From Rhynchopus sp. YZ270_cl-10 (Eukaryota): DNA of 64,000 nt. Below the pieces are notes generated by a model. The model was not told the origin of the DNA. It saw only the letters and a program-made list of their open reading frames with translations, and did not search any database. The stretch spans positions 1,984,001 through 2,048,000 of the forward strand of contig OZ037836.1 in assembly GCA_964035575.1 (NCBI GenBank). The letters are read 5' to 3'. The translations under genes were made by a program, and so were the position numbers. This document shows positions 51,708-64,000 of this stretch, in pieces (the stretch's first letter is position 1; each line of letters starts with the position of its first letter).

Positions 51708-54338
51708 ATGGATTTGACTATCAAGGGGTGGAACGGAGTGAAGGATACGGTGGAGCTGGGTGAGGATGACACACCTGCGGTGATGCGGCGGAAGGTGGCG
51801 TCTGCAGTGGGGTTGCCTGAAGACGGCTTTTGCATGAGTTTTGGAGGTGACGTGGTGGGCGAAGGATACGACATGACGCAGCTGAGTGCTGGTGACACAA
51901 TCGTCCTCACAAAAACACAGAAGGGGGCAATTAACGTCTGACCAACCGCCAAGTGGGGCCCCTGGACGCCGTGTTCGCATGGTACTGAGTCAGCGTGGGC
52001 GGCCGCCTCTCCAATGATGGATTCGCTCGGGACCGGAGGAGGAACAAGCCGATGTGGGAACCCTGGTTATTAATACAACATCACAGTCAATTTCGGGCAG
52101 ATCACCAGCTTATGTAGGCTACGCAAACCCCTTCGGAGGGGTTTCAAGGATCTGTTACCTGTGCGGTGACTGGGAGTGTGTTGATGCCGATGAGGGGATC
52201 CCAGGTACAAGAAGGAAGCGTTGCCGGTGTCTCTACTGGTGACGGAATATTGTTGCTGTTCCTGTGTTGTCGTTTGACCGCATGGGAACGTTGTGTTGCT
52301 TTGTTGGTGCGTACACTGTATGTGAAACAACTGTGGATCAGCAGGTACGTGCTCTTGTGTATTTAGTGTGGTGTGTTGTAGTTTTGTTCAGTTCAGTTCA
52401 GTTTTCATCTTTTTGCCGTAGTAGAATTCTTGTGTTATGTGTTTAACCTCAGGCTGTGTACACCGTAGTGAAACATCTGTGGATCTGCAGGTGCGTGCTC
52501 TGTCGTTAATTCAGTGTGGCATGTTGTAGTTTTTGGTCTGTTTTTACGTTTTTTATACGTTAGTAGAAGAAGGGATCTGCGAACATTCATTCGCAGGTGG
52601 GTACAAGTTGTCGCCGTGGCATTCAGCTACGGTGCAGAAGAGGCAGTAGGGCAGACCAACGTCTGTGCTAGAAGGAAGAGGTTAAACTTTCAGGGTGTAT
52701 GCACTCTGCAGGTACATGCTCTGTTGTTTTCCAATGTGTTTATTTTTGTTCTATTTTCACGTGCTTTGGTACGTTGGAGATGAGGGAGTTGTCGCCGTGG
52801 CGTCCAGCTACGGTGCAGAAGAGGCAGTAGGGCAGACCAACTACCAAATGTAGGGTCTGTGCTACGCGGAAAGGCTGGTACTTGAGTTTGTTCACTGTTT
52901 GTTGTAACTCCTTCCCTACCGGTACTCCCTTACTTGTAAGGAAGAAGTTACAACTTTCTCTGTACAAATCAGGGGAATTTTGTGTGGCCGTCTGCCATAT
53001 TGTGTGGACATGTTAGCTGACGGTGCTGCTGTTTCTTTTACAACAACACTGCTCTTGCTGTTGATTTTTCTTTTTCATTTTTACTTTTTATTGTTTCGAA
53101 AAACGGAGGTTAATGTTTCCGGTTCGGGCCTGGACTCCGACCCCTACTCTTGCTGACGCGAACGAACGGTCGTGAACCGTCCCCATTCTCTTACGGTGTG
53201 GGCACCGCGGTAACGGTGGCTAGGAAGAAGGGAATCACCCAGAACCACTAATCGCAGCCTGACAGGCACCGAACCTCGGGTGAGAATCCCCTCCTGTCAG
53301 CCCTGTTCGAAGTACCTATTTTGTTTGACCTTCTTGTCTTTTTGACTTTTTGACTTTTTCTTTTATGCTATCGAACAGTGCACCCCCAGTAGTGTTGGCA
53401 TGCATACCTGGGCTGGTCGGCTTGCCGATCTGTTCCAGGGACTGGGGTAAAGTGCCACTAAACGCAGCAGGTACCTGTGTTTTTTGGGGGTCTTTTGGTT
53501 GGGAAGGCCACAGAAAGAAGGCCCGGCCTGCCAGAGATCGTTAAAACGGACTACCTCACAAAAACACAGCACTTCACGCGTTGGGTGAGACGGACATCAC
53601 TGCAGAGCGGTTGGAGGAGGTGGAGGATCCTGAGGTGGCGTGTTTGCTTCTGCAGGCGGAGGTTGCGACTGTCATTCCGGATAGGTTCCTCCTAGCAGGC
53701 ACTTCGTTAACGAGACTTGATCTCAGTGCTGCGTCCATTGTGACGCACATTGGAGACTACTTTCTGTACGAGTGCACGTTCTTGACAAGCATCAACATCT
53801 CTGGGTTGAGCAATGTGAGGGTCATTGGTTGCACCTTTCTCAACGGTTGTGAAGGCTTAACCACCCTAGATTTGTCGCCACTCGGCGAGTTGACAGAAAT
53901 TGGTAGCGAATTTGTCTCCGGCTGCTCAGGTCTAACTACTCTAGAGCTTTCACCACTCAGCAAGTTGTCAAAAGTAAGCGATAACTTTCTCGCTGACTGT
54001 TCAGGTTTAACCACTATGGATCTTTCACCACTCAGCAACTTGACAGAAATTGAGTACAGATTTCTCTCCGGCTGCTCAGGTTTAACCACTCTGGATCTGA
54101 TGCCACTCAGCAACTTGACGGCAATTGGATCCATCTTTCTCTCTGACTGCTCAGGTTTAACTACTCTGGATCTTTCGCCACTCAGCAACTTGACAGAAAT
54201 CGGTAGAGGCTTTCTCGACGGCTGCGATGGCTTAACCACTCTGGATCTTTCACCACTCAGCAGGGTTACGTTTGTTGGTTCGCACTTTCTTACGAACTGC
54301 ACTTCGTTGAAGAGTATTCACCTTACCGGCTGCAGCAG
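51708..54338 (+). pseudogene. UBL-LRR subfamily B pseudogene: 1.6-kb insertion, 19-bp deletion and loss of the 3' end
   Basis: MDLTIKGWNGVKD... UBL at 51708, LRRs resume at about 53570; the end joins directly to sequence matching 57044 onward of the intact paralog. Confidence 0.85.
51925..53553. mobile_element. About 1.63-kb insertion with a long target-site duplication (16 bp or more)
   Basis: CCTCACAAAAACACAG at 51905-51920 and 53554-53569. Confidence 0.8.
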
Positions 54339-55102
54339 TGGTACAAGCTGTCACCGTGGCACTCAGCTACGGTGCAGAAGAGGCAGTAGGGTGTTTATTG
54401 CACACCGTACCCCAACTGCCTCTCTTTTTGCTATTTTGTGAGGGTACATTTCACCGACAGGTCGAGGTGTGTGTGTTTCACCACACCCTCTCTCTTGTGT
54501 CTAAGGTGACTACGTACGTGAGGCTTAGGGTCATTGTGTGATGTGGGTGAGGAAGCGTTCCATCTTTGCAATATCCTCCATTTTTCTATTCGCGATTTCC
54601 CCTCCCCCGTATTTAGAATCAACAGAGTGTGTACATGTGTGCGTTAAGAATTTTTTTGTTTGTGGGGGGTGGGGAAACAACAAAAAGGGAAAGTCTGAGT
54701 GCAGTTTCAATTTTTATAAGTAAGAGAAAACCGAATGGAGTGGGAACGCTAGTGAGAGCGCAGCGGAAACGATAGTGGGAACACAACGAGCTTTTTTCAT
54801 ATTGTTTTATTCTTCCCCACAAAATATCACGCGCAGAGAAACACTCGTTTTTTCACACAACGCGTCCGTTTGTTTGTTTTTTCTCAACGACACCTTTTTT
54901 CAAATTTTTCTGAACAAGATAAAACAAAAAGCTTGCGTTTCTTTTATCGAACAGATTTTATTCTCCGCTCCGTACCCAAAACATAAACACCACTGTGAAT
55001 CAGAAAAAATATTTTCCCTTTTCTTTTTTCTTCCACACACGCTTGTTTTTGTGCTTCGTTCATTTTTTATTAAAAAAGCTTTTGTTGCTTTCCTTGTGAA
55101 CT

Positions 55103-56668
55103 ATGCCTGCGGTCTATACGTTGCACCATGCCTCTTGGAGTGATGTTGCGGTGGTTGCAGCTGCGCCGGGCGCCGTGATAGCAGCGCCCGATCCACAGTG
55201 CGTCTTCGGGGGTTGCAAGGTCAAGCACCATATCTTTACGAACTGCCACACCTGCGGGAAGAAGGCGAACTCAAGTTGCGTCAAGCGGGTGCTGAAGAGT
55301 GAGACCCCTCGCTTTCTTGCGGGTATGGATGGGCCGGGCTGGTGCTGTCCCCCATGCTTGGACTCCCCCCCTGTGGCCCAGAACGCAGATGTGCTTAACA
55401 ACCACCTTCTCCACATCAACGTTATTGTGCAACAACAAAGGGAAAAATCTCGGGAAAACACAAACAGCAAACAAATGGATTTGACTATCAAGGGGTGGAA
55501 CGGAGTGAAAGATAAGGTGAAGCTGGGTGAGGATGACACACCTGCGGTAGTGCGGCGGAAGGTGGCGTCTGCAATGGGGTTGCCTGAAGACGGCTTTTGC
55601 ATGAGTTTTGGAGGTGACGTGGTGGGCGAAGGATACGACATGACGCAGCTGAGTGCTGGTGACACGATCGTCCTCACAAAAAAGCAGAAGGACGAAGCCA
55701 TAGCAGCACTTCATGCGTTGGGTGTGACCGACATCACATCCAAGAAGTTGAAGAGGGTGAAGGATCCTGAGGTGGCGTGTTTGCTTCTGCAGGCGGAGGT
55801 TGCGACGGTGATTCCGGATGAGTTCCTAGCATTCACTTTAACGTTAACGAGACTTGATCTCAGTGCTGCGTCCATTGTGACGCACATTGGAGACTACTTT
55901 CTGTCCGAGTGCACGTTGTTAACAAGCCTCAACCTCTCTGGGTTGAGCAATGTGAGGGTCATTGGTTGCAGCTTTCTCTTCGGTTGTGAAAGTTTAGCCA
56001 CCCTAGATTTGTCGCTACTCAGCAATTTGACAAAAGTAAGCGATAACTTTCTCGGCGGCTGCTCAGGTCTAACTACTCTGGATTTCTCGCCACTCAGCAA
56101 TTTGACAGAAGTAAACAACGACTTTCTCGGCGACTGCTCAGGTTTAACCAGTCTGGATCTTTCTCTACTCAGCAATTTGACAAAAGTAAGCGATAACTTT
56201 CTCGGCGGCTGCTCAGGTCTAACTACTCTGGAGCTTTCACCACTCAGCAACGTGACAGAAATCGGTCGCTACTTTCTCTACTGCTCAGGTTTAACCACTC
56301 TGGATCTTACACCACTCAGCCATTTGACAAAAGTAAGCGATAACTTTCTACTGGCCTGCACAGGTTTAACCACTCTGCATCTTTCGCCACTCAGCAACTT
56401 GACGCACATCGGTGGAGGCTTTCTATACGCCTGCTCAGGATTAACCACTCTGGATCTTTCGCCACTCAGCAGGGTTAAGGTTGTTGGTCGCCCATTTCTT
56501 CCGAAGTGCACTTCGTTGAAGAGTATTTACCTTACCGGCTGCAGCAGTGCTGTGTCCAAAGCAGTAGTGAAGTGCGAGCTGAGCAAGCTTGTGGTTGAAG
56601 CACGTCCGAAACGCAGCAGAGACGAATCCCCCCAGCAAGCACAGAAACGACAGAGACACGCACAATGA
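55103..56668 (+). CDS. UBL-LRR subfamily B protein with NLS-like tail; start either 55475 (conserved) or 55103 (adds a PHD-like finger)
   Basis: UBL from 55475, LRRs LxxLDLSPLSNLTxxxxxFLxxC, tail RPKRSRDESPQQAQKRQRH; upstream in-frame C..C..CHTC..C..WCCPPC. Confidence 0.85.
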   Translation: MPAVYTLHHASWSDVAVVAAAPGAVIAAPDPQCVFGGCKVKHHIFTNCHTCGKKANSSCVKRVLKSETPRFLAGMDGPGWCCPPCLDSPPVAQNADVLNNHLLHINVIVQQQREKSRENTNSKQMDLTIKGWNGVKDKVKLGEDDTPAVVRRKVASAMGLPEDGFCMSFGGDVVGEGYDMTQLSAGDTIVLTKKQKDEAIAALHALGVTDITSKKLKRVKDPEVACLLLQAEVATVIPDEFLAFTLTLTRLDLSAASIVTHIGDYFLSECTLLTSLNLSGLSNVRVIGCSFLFGCESLATLDLSLLSNLTKVSDNFLGGCSGLTTLDFSPLSNLTEVNNDFLGDCSGLTSLDLSLLSNLTKVSDNFLGGCSGLTTLELSPLSNVTEIGRYFLYCSGLTTLDLTPLSHLTKVSDNFLLACTGLTTLHLSPLSNLTHIGGGFLYACSGLTTLDLSPLSRVKVVGRPFLPKCTSLKSIYLTGCSSAVSKAVVKCELSKLVVEARPKRSRDESPQQAQKRQRHAQ

Positions 56669-58739
56669 CGATGAGGTGTGCTGCATAACGGGCTTCCTCA
56701 AGTCACTCTTCCAACGAAAGCAGCCGTGGTGGCAGTTTGGTGAGGACACATCAGAGTTGGTAAATGTTTGTTTAATGTTGATGAGGGTAGCATCGGTTTG
56801 TAATGTGGTCCACGTTTTTGTGGGAATTGTCAAGATCTTGATCACAAAGATGAAGATTTGGGCTGTGTGAAATGTTTGTCTTCTTTGCCTTGTCGGGTGT
56901 GTGCACTGTATGTGAAACAACTGTGGATCTGCAGGTACGTGCTCTGATGTTTATTCAGTGTGGTGTGTTGTGGTTTTGTTATGTTTTTACGCTTTTTTAC
57001 GTTTGTAGAAGAAGGGACCTTGCGAACATTCTTTTGCAGGTGGGTACAAGCTGTCACCGTGGCACTCAGCTACGGTGCAGAAGAGGCAGTAGGGTGTTTA
57101 TTGCACACCGTACCCCAACTGCCTCTCTTTTTGCTATTTTGTGAGGGTACATTTCACCGACAGGTCGAGGTGTGTGTGTTTCACCACACCCTCTCTCTTG
57201 TGTCTGAGGTGACTACGTACGTGAGGCTTAAGATCATTGTGTGATGTGGGTGAGGAAGCGTTCCAACTTTTCAATATCTCCCCCATTTTTCTATTCGCGA
57301 TTTCCCCTCCCCCGTATTTAGAATCAACAGAGTGTGTGCGTTAAGAATTTTTTTGTTTGTGGGGGGTGGGGAAACAACAAAAAGGGAAAGTCTGAGTACA
57401 GTTTCAATTTTTATAAGTAAGAGAAAACCGAATGGAGTGGGAACGTTAGTGAGAGCGCAGCGGAAACGATAGTGGGAACGCAACGAGCTTTTTTCATATT
57501 GTTTTATTCTTCCCCACAAAATATCACGCGCAGAGAAACACTCGTTTTTTCACACAACGCGTCCGTTTGTTTGTTTTTTCTCAACGACACCTTTTTTCAA
57601 ATTTTTCCCCGGTATCACATATCAGTGGCTGTCACGAAATGTGGTAATTTCAACATTTTTGAGTAAAATGACTAAATTTTTGACTTTTTCACCGATTTTT
57701 TTTTTATTTGCATTGCGCGGAATGCGCTGATTGCAACGAAACGATTCTCGATTTTTTTTTTCAGAAATTTATTTGCTCAGTTCAAAAATCATCGTTTTTT
57801 CGGATATTCTCACAGCCATCCCAGGAAATACTGGTATTTTTCCGGAAGTCGAAAATGTGCTTAACTGCGTTTCCGAGCTCCGCGCAAAAAAATGAAAAAA
57901 AAATCGAGCAAAAAGTCCAAAATTTTAATTAGTTAAAGGCGGGCCACACAGTATTTCACTGTTTCCCTGTATGTTTACACACCCCTTAAGGACCGGCCAA
58001 TTGTTTTGGCTTTGCGGTCACACACTACCCGGGAGTAATTGGTATTTCAACTCGAAAATGGTGCCTTTTGAAAGATCTTTTCACAATCTTTGAAAATAAA
58101 TAAAGAAATGATGAAAAAATCCTAGTTGAACCTCTGTGAACGATCTGTACCAGGTTATCGGTGAGGTTAAAAAATCACGATTTCTTAAGGATTTGCCCTG
58201 AACAAGCCTGTGTAACCGTTACCCGTTTGCCATATTAGGAGGCGCAAAAACCCCTTTGGCAGTGAGGGAGTTTAGGCATATCCAGGTCTTTGGTTCAGTG
58301 TTGCTATGTGACACGAACAGACTCTTTGCCACGTAGGTGGGGTGATTGACAATTTTGCGCACAAGAAACGGGCAAACACCATGGCACACGGGTCCTTTTG
58401 GGTCATTTTAGGCGAAATTTAAGTGAAATTCCCTACCAAAATGTGACTGAAAAGTGGGTTTGGGGGTGCTTGGGGAGGTTTGGGGGTGGAGTCCTGGGGT
58501 GTCAAAACAAAAAAAGGGGGTACGGAATTGCACGTTTTCGGTCCGCTGAATCCAACGAAATATTTTTCGGCGTTTTTTGGAGGAAAAGCTATTGTCCTGG
58601 ACACGTCTTCTCCAGGTCACTTTTTCGGTCTTCATCCCCTTATCCCAGGAAATGTTGGCATTTTTCCGGAAGTCGAAAATGCGCTTAACTGCGTTTCCGA
58701 GCTCCGCGCAATAAAATGAAAAAAAAATCGAGCAAAAAG

Positions 58740-61700
58740 CATAGGGTGAAAACGATCGTTTTTTTTTTTTTTTTTTTTTACGAATCTGGGAAAAAGTGAT
58801 CGGTCTTTTTTTTTTTTTTTTTTTTTTTCACGATCGTGAAGAAAAAAAAACGATCGTTTTTTTTTTTTTTTTTTTCTTCACGATCGTGAAAAAAAAGCAC
58901 CTTTTTCTTCACGATCGTGAAGGAAAAAAAAAACGATCGTTTTTTTTTTCCCATATTATCAGGGCGTTCGCTATCGCCATCGTTTTTTCCTGATCGTGGC
59001 GAAATGCCAAAAAACCCGAAATTTTTGCTTTTTTACTAGTGCTTAAAATAGGTCAAAAAAAATTTTCCCGCCGGAGAGAAGCTAGTTCGTGGGGGTGAAT
59101 CCCCGGTACTGAGTGGTCGAAAAAAAATTGCGATTTGCGCGTGATCCCTTCCCCAGCACTAAAACCAGCAAAACGATGGAGAATTTCATCAATCCCCCCC
59201 TCACTGAGGGTCTCTTTGTGCTGTTTAATCAAACAGATGTACAAGAGAGAGGCATCTGTCATATGAGACTTCATCCTTAGTTTGATTATTTTCAATCAAC
59301 TAAAACGTCTCTCTGCCGTTGAAGGTAGAGTTGACACGAGTAGTGACACCTTCTATAACAGGGGGTACGGGACACCTTCAGCAGACTGCAGGATTGAGGA
59401 GCGAGCGGGAGTGCTGGGGAAACTTACTTTCACGGCAGGCGGGTTTGCGGATGATTTTGAGTACAGTGGACACCCCCTCTGCGACCCCCCCTCCGGGGGG
59501 GTCGACAGGTTGGGGGGGAGAAATCTCTCTCTCATTTTTTTTTTCCCCCCTTTTTTTTTTTATTTATTTATTTATTTATACAGGGTTTCGCCCCGGTGGG
59601 GCGAAGCCCTGGGGCGAAATAAAATGTCATTTTTTCAGGAAAAGATTTTTTTAACGAAAAAAAATATTTTTCGCCCCGGGGCGAACGCCCTGCATATTAT
59701 GTCGTTGATCGCTGGCCCACACCAGGGAGGGAGCCCCCACAGGTGCCCACAACCCCCCTGAAATCGGCCGAGAGTAACTTTTAGCGGTGTTTTGACGTAA
59801 AATGTCACCTTTTTTGCCATTTTTGGGGTGTACTTTTCTGGAACAAAATTCGCAAAACCCGAAATACGAATCGTAAAAAATCGCGACATTCTATGACATA
59901 CGTATACCATGAAGCAGCACGTCACGGCATGGCATGTAACATGCACATGTAATATCGCCAAAAACCTAGTCGTAGTAACATCATCACTGTGCAAACCCCT
60001 GTCCATCCAATACAATTCACACTCTTTGTGGGTGGTCTTGCTGCCTTTTTGCCACAGTAATTTTTGGCCCGGCAGGCATGCTCTTGAAGCATGGCAATTT
60101 AGTGTGTATGGGGCAGGGTGTTGTTTTGTTCTGAATTCCCTTTGTTACAATATCTATCCAATCGCGAGTGGTTGTATGTGTATCGTGAGACACTCTTTTT
60201 AACCCTTTACGGACCAAGAGGACATTTATGCCCATTGTGGCGGGGGATGCGGCGTTCAACACCAGGCCAAGTTGGCCAAAAGCCCAACTTTTGTACTGTC
60301 CAACCTCTGTACAATTACGGTATAATTCGTTGGCTGGTGGTCTGAAGAGTGATCTGACCATATTCTCCAGGTATAACAAATGCCCAAATAATGCATTGGC
60401 GAAGGAATTTTGCACTTTTGACCATCACACATTACTTGTATTTTTACCGGTTTTTTAATGAGTACAACCTATGTCAGAGCACGCTGTCCCACAGATTTTA
60501 GAATTTGGGGGGGTCACGCAACAGGGATTACGCAGCTCCCCATACTTATCGCTAAATATGCCGTTTTCCCCGAAAAATTTTAGAATTCCACGCCCAATTT
60601 CTTTCTTTTTGGCAAAAAAAAAATTTTCGCGCTTCGCGCGAAAAAGGTCCTCAGAAGCTCAATTCCGGAAACAAATACGGGGGGAGCGACGTTTTCCAAC
60701 TCCTCCGCCATCAGCAGGAACACCTCCGTTTTCTCTTGAATCTGGGACGCTTGTTGCTGAGAAACAGGGCAACAGCGCGTTCAAGCATATTCCCCATCTT
60801 TTCAGTGTTAAACTCGTGGCGAAGCCACGGTACGCAACATTTCTAAAAATTGCGCTTAAAATTGCCTACTATGTCGCGGGAAGGGTGGGTTGAAAGCTCG
60901 CGCCGCAGTGCATCTTCCTTTTCCGGTAAAATAGAAGAAAATTGTCTTCTAAAAATAGAATTCTGTGGGGGGTAGGTGAGAGGTGGGCGGAGCCCCCACT
61001 CCTCCACCCCAGCCTCAATCCAAAACCCTGTATTTTTTTTTTTTGGTATTTTTTGAGCTGAGATTTTCAAAAAATACCAAAAATACCAGGGTCAACCGCT
61101 GTGATGCTCATTGTTTAGAACACAGGGCTATTTCTAAATATGGGGTCCGGAGTCCAAAATCCAATCCGGGACACAATTTTGGCAGATTTATTTTGGGCCA
61201 AAAACGTCTTTATTTACATTTTTGGGATTCGCCCGTGCAGTGGTGGGGTCAATCTCGAAAATTGGATTTTTTGACCACTTAAATTTTGAGAAATATGAGC
61301 CCGGTCACTTATACGTGGGCCCATTTTCGGCTAAAATTTTCCTCAAAATCCGGGTTTGTAAAATTGACCCTTCTGTGAAGGAAGGTTGTGGAAAAGGGTC
61401 CTTATTTGCATTTTTGGAAGCCGCCCGTGCAGTGGTGGGGTCAATTTGCAGAATTGGGCAAGTTCTTGCAAGACAACGGGTAATGTTTGTTAGCTCTAAG
61501 GAGGGAAGGGGAGCGTTTGTAGCTCACACAGCACCCCAAACCCTGGCCTCTCTGTCCACAGCACACAGCTCTTCCCCTGAGTTCCATTTGTGCCTCAACA
61601 TGCTGAGCGCATCTTCAGTACGATGGGTGGATGAGCGAGAAGAGGCGCAACTGGCTAGTTGCACCAAAGCTGCACAAGCTTGTGGTCGTAGCACGCAGTT

Positions 61701-63047
61701 TGCGCGAGAGCAAGCCGCCACAAGAGAATGGTTGGTGGGATGAGGAGAAGCTGGTGCAGGAGGAGAAGGAGCGTGCGGGAGCTATATTGACTGCGACGCG
61801 ACAGCTGAGGACCCCAAGGTTGATGATGATGCTGAGCATCACGACTCTGACATCAGTGAAGGCTCTTGGGACTAAACGCATACAGTCTTGTCCGTACCCA
61901 TTTCTCCCACACAAGTCACCACCCCCTTGTGACTTGCCTGTAACAGTGGAAACGTTTCCCTCCCAGCCGCAAACCCGTTCAGTGTATCGTGAGCCACTGC
62001 AGTGACCCACTCACGCTCGACCCTGTCCCTCCTTGTAAACAGTTCGCCTTCTCCTACGTTGTGCTAAGGAAAACCAAAAAACATGCTCAAAAATGATGGG
62101 CACGGGGGTCAGACTCCACTTCTGACCACTTAAAATTAGGTCATACACGTGTTATACCCCAAACTGACCAAGAAATTTTCCCAGTGTTCGATGGTGATCG
62201 AATTAAATCGGTGGTAAAAAGTGAAAAATGGGGCATGCCAGGCCCACGTCAATCAGCCTAAAAATGTTGCAACTTTAAACGCGCGTCTCTCCCGTACACC
62301 AATATACACTTTTTAACACATACAGTACAGCAAGGGAAAACCAAGGGATTTTACCCTGTGTTCTCCTTGTTACGGCTGCACTAACCTAATCATCAAAACT
62401 GCTCGATTTTGGCTTTATCTAAAAGATCGACATCAATTCTTACGAAATATAATTTATTTTACGATTTTGAGTAGAATTCTGTTTGCAGGGCGAAGTCACG
62501 AGGCAGGGGGTGATTTTGGGGGTGAGCGCCAAAAAAAGTCCTTTTCCTAGGGTTGACCCACCTCCCTCCAGCATCCAACGATATGACATTTTCACGAAAG
62601 TTGTCGATTCTTGCCTTATTATTGTCACACAGAAAAAAAATGTTTTTACGAAAATGAGTAGAACCCCATTACCCCTACCAACGTGTGGCATTCGTGCGCC
62701 ACTATAGTGGCACTTGCCATGGGTAAAAACGGTTTTCTGGTTTTAGTGCCTCGCTGGCGACATCCGTTGGGGGGGATTCTGGTGTGAGAATGTTCTCGAT
62801 TTTTGCTTTATTTGAAAGATTCGCCACAAAATCGTTTCAAGGAAAAGAGTCGGTCAAAAATTCCAAGTAGAACCCAGAAACTCTCCCTTGCCACCCATTT
62901 CACGCCCATGCCCCTTGTACTACTAGGGGAAAAAAAAAAAACGATCGTGAAAAAAAAAACGATCGTGAAAAAAAAAAAAAAAATGTCAAGATCTTGAAAA
63001 AAGTTCAAGATCTTGAAAAAAACCGTCACGATCGTTCTCACACTATG
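58740..63047. mobile_element. Nested TIR element with CATAG termini and 6-bp AAAAAG duplication
   Basis: CATAGGGTGAAAACGATCGT ... ACGATCGTTCTCACACTATG; subterminal ACGATCGT repeats; empty site at about 57905-57948. Confidence 0.8.
58960..59692. mobile_element. hAT-like MITE, 733 bp
   Basis: TIR CAGGGCGTTCGC; 8-bp duplication CATATTAT at 58952-58959 and 59693-59700. Confidence 0.9.
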
Positions 63048-63266
63048 AAAAAGTCCAAAATTTTAATTAGTTAAAGGCGGGCCACATGAATCACCACATT
63101 TCGTGACAGCCACTGATATGCATATATTCATGATACTGTCTTTCCATGGATACACCTGGAAAGGAGTTCCGTGCTATTCACAGAACTCGATAGGCGATTG
63201 AGCGTATCTAACAACAACCAAAACAAAAGAAAGTACAAAGAAGAGAATAAAAAATGCAGGAAAAAT

Positions 63267-64000
63267 CAGGGCGTTCGCCCCGGGGCGAAAAATATTTTTT
63301 TTCGTTAAAAAAATCTTTTCCTGAAAAAATGACATTTTATTTCGCCCCAGGGCTTCGCCCCACCGGGGCGAAACCCTGTTTGAATAAATAAATAAATAAA
63401 TAAATAAAAAAAGGGGGGAAAAAAAAAAAAAGAGAGAGAGAGAGATTTCTCCCCACCACCCTGTAGACCCCCCCGGAGGGGGGGTCGCAGAGGGGTGCAT
63501 GTCCACTGTACTCAAAATCATCCGCAAACCCGCCTGCCGTGAGAGGAAGTTTCCCCAGCACTCCCGCTCGCTCCTCAATCCTGCAGTCTGCTGAAGGTGT
63601 ACCGTACCCCCTGTTATAGAAGGTGTCACTGCTCGTGTCAACTCTACTTTCAACGGCAGAGAGTTGAAAATAATCAAAATAAGGATGAAGTCTCATATGA
63701 CAGATGCCTCTCTTGTACATCTGTTTGATTAAACAACACAAAGAGACCCTCAGTGAGGGGGGATTGATGAAATTCTCCATCGTTTTGCTGGTTTTAGTAT
63801 CAGGAAAGTTCAGCTGTAATATCACTTGTGCTGGGGAAGGGATCACGCGCAAATAGCAAATTTTTTTTGACCATTCAGTACCAGGGATTCACCCCACGAA
63901 CTAACTTCTCTCCGGCGGGAAAATTTTTTTTGACCTATTTTAAGCACTAGTAAAAAAACGAAAATTTCGGGGTTTTTGGCATTTCGCCACGATCAGGAAA
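63267..64000. mobile_element. Second, inverted copy of the hAT-like MITE, running off the window end
   Basis: Reverse-complement match to about 58985-59692. Confidence 0.88.

Larger units (their letters stand above)
57623..63115. mobile_element. TIR element with CAGTGG termini and ATAT flanks, hosting nested elements
   Basis: ATAT|CAGTGGCTGTCACGAAATGTGGT ... ACCACATTTCGTGACAGCCACTG|ATAT. Confidence 0.8.

Noticed and set aside
61500..62010. Short coding-like ORFs inside the nested TIR element
   Set aside because: No recognisable motif; cannot be supported

Overview
Eukaryotic, repeat-rich genomic DNA. All recognisable host genes lie on the + strand, one has GT-AG introns, and a VIPER/TATE-type retroelement is present; together these suggest a euglenozoan, possibly a diplonemid (inference only). 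The window is dominated by a tandem array of ubiquitin-like (UBL) + 24-aa LRR genes. Ten subfamily A copies (1-43 kb) carry 6-13 LRRs (counted in the complete copies), hypervariable repeat positions and mosaic structure, and normally end in a CaaX box (CVCM). Two subfamily B copies (51-57 kb) lack the CaaX; the intact one ends in an NLS-like tail and has an in-frame upstream PHD-like finger. Other content: (i) an apparently intact tyrosine-recombinase retrotransposon (gag, YR, RT/RNase H) with overlapping frames and candidate readthrough and -1 frameshift signals, enclosed in a Zator-like TIR element; (ii) a three-exon gene joining a TIGR02452/DUF2263 (bacterial-PARG-like) macrodomain to TFIIS; (iii) an SLC17-like MFS transporter, an ankyrin pseudogene and an LSU rRNA fragment; (iv) many nested non-autonomous DNA transposons, several confirmed by empty paralogous sites inside the window, three inserts with long target-site duplications, and several satellites. 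All family assignments are by motif recognition; no database search was run.
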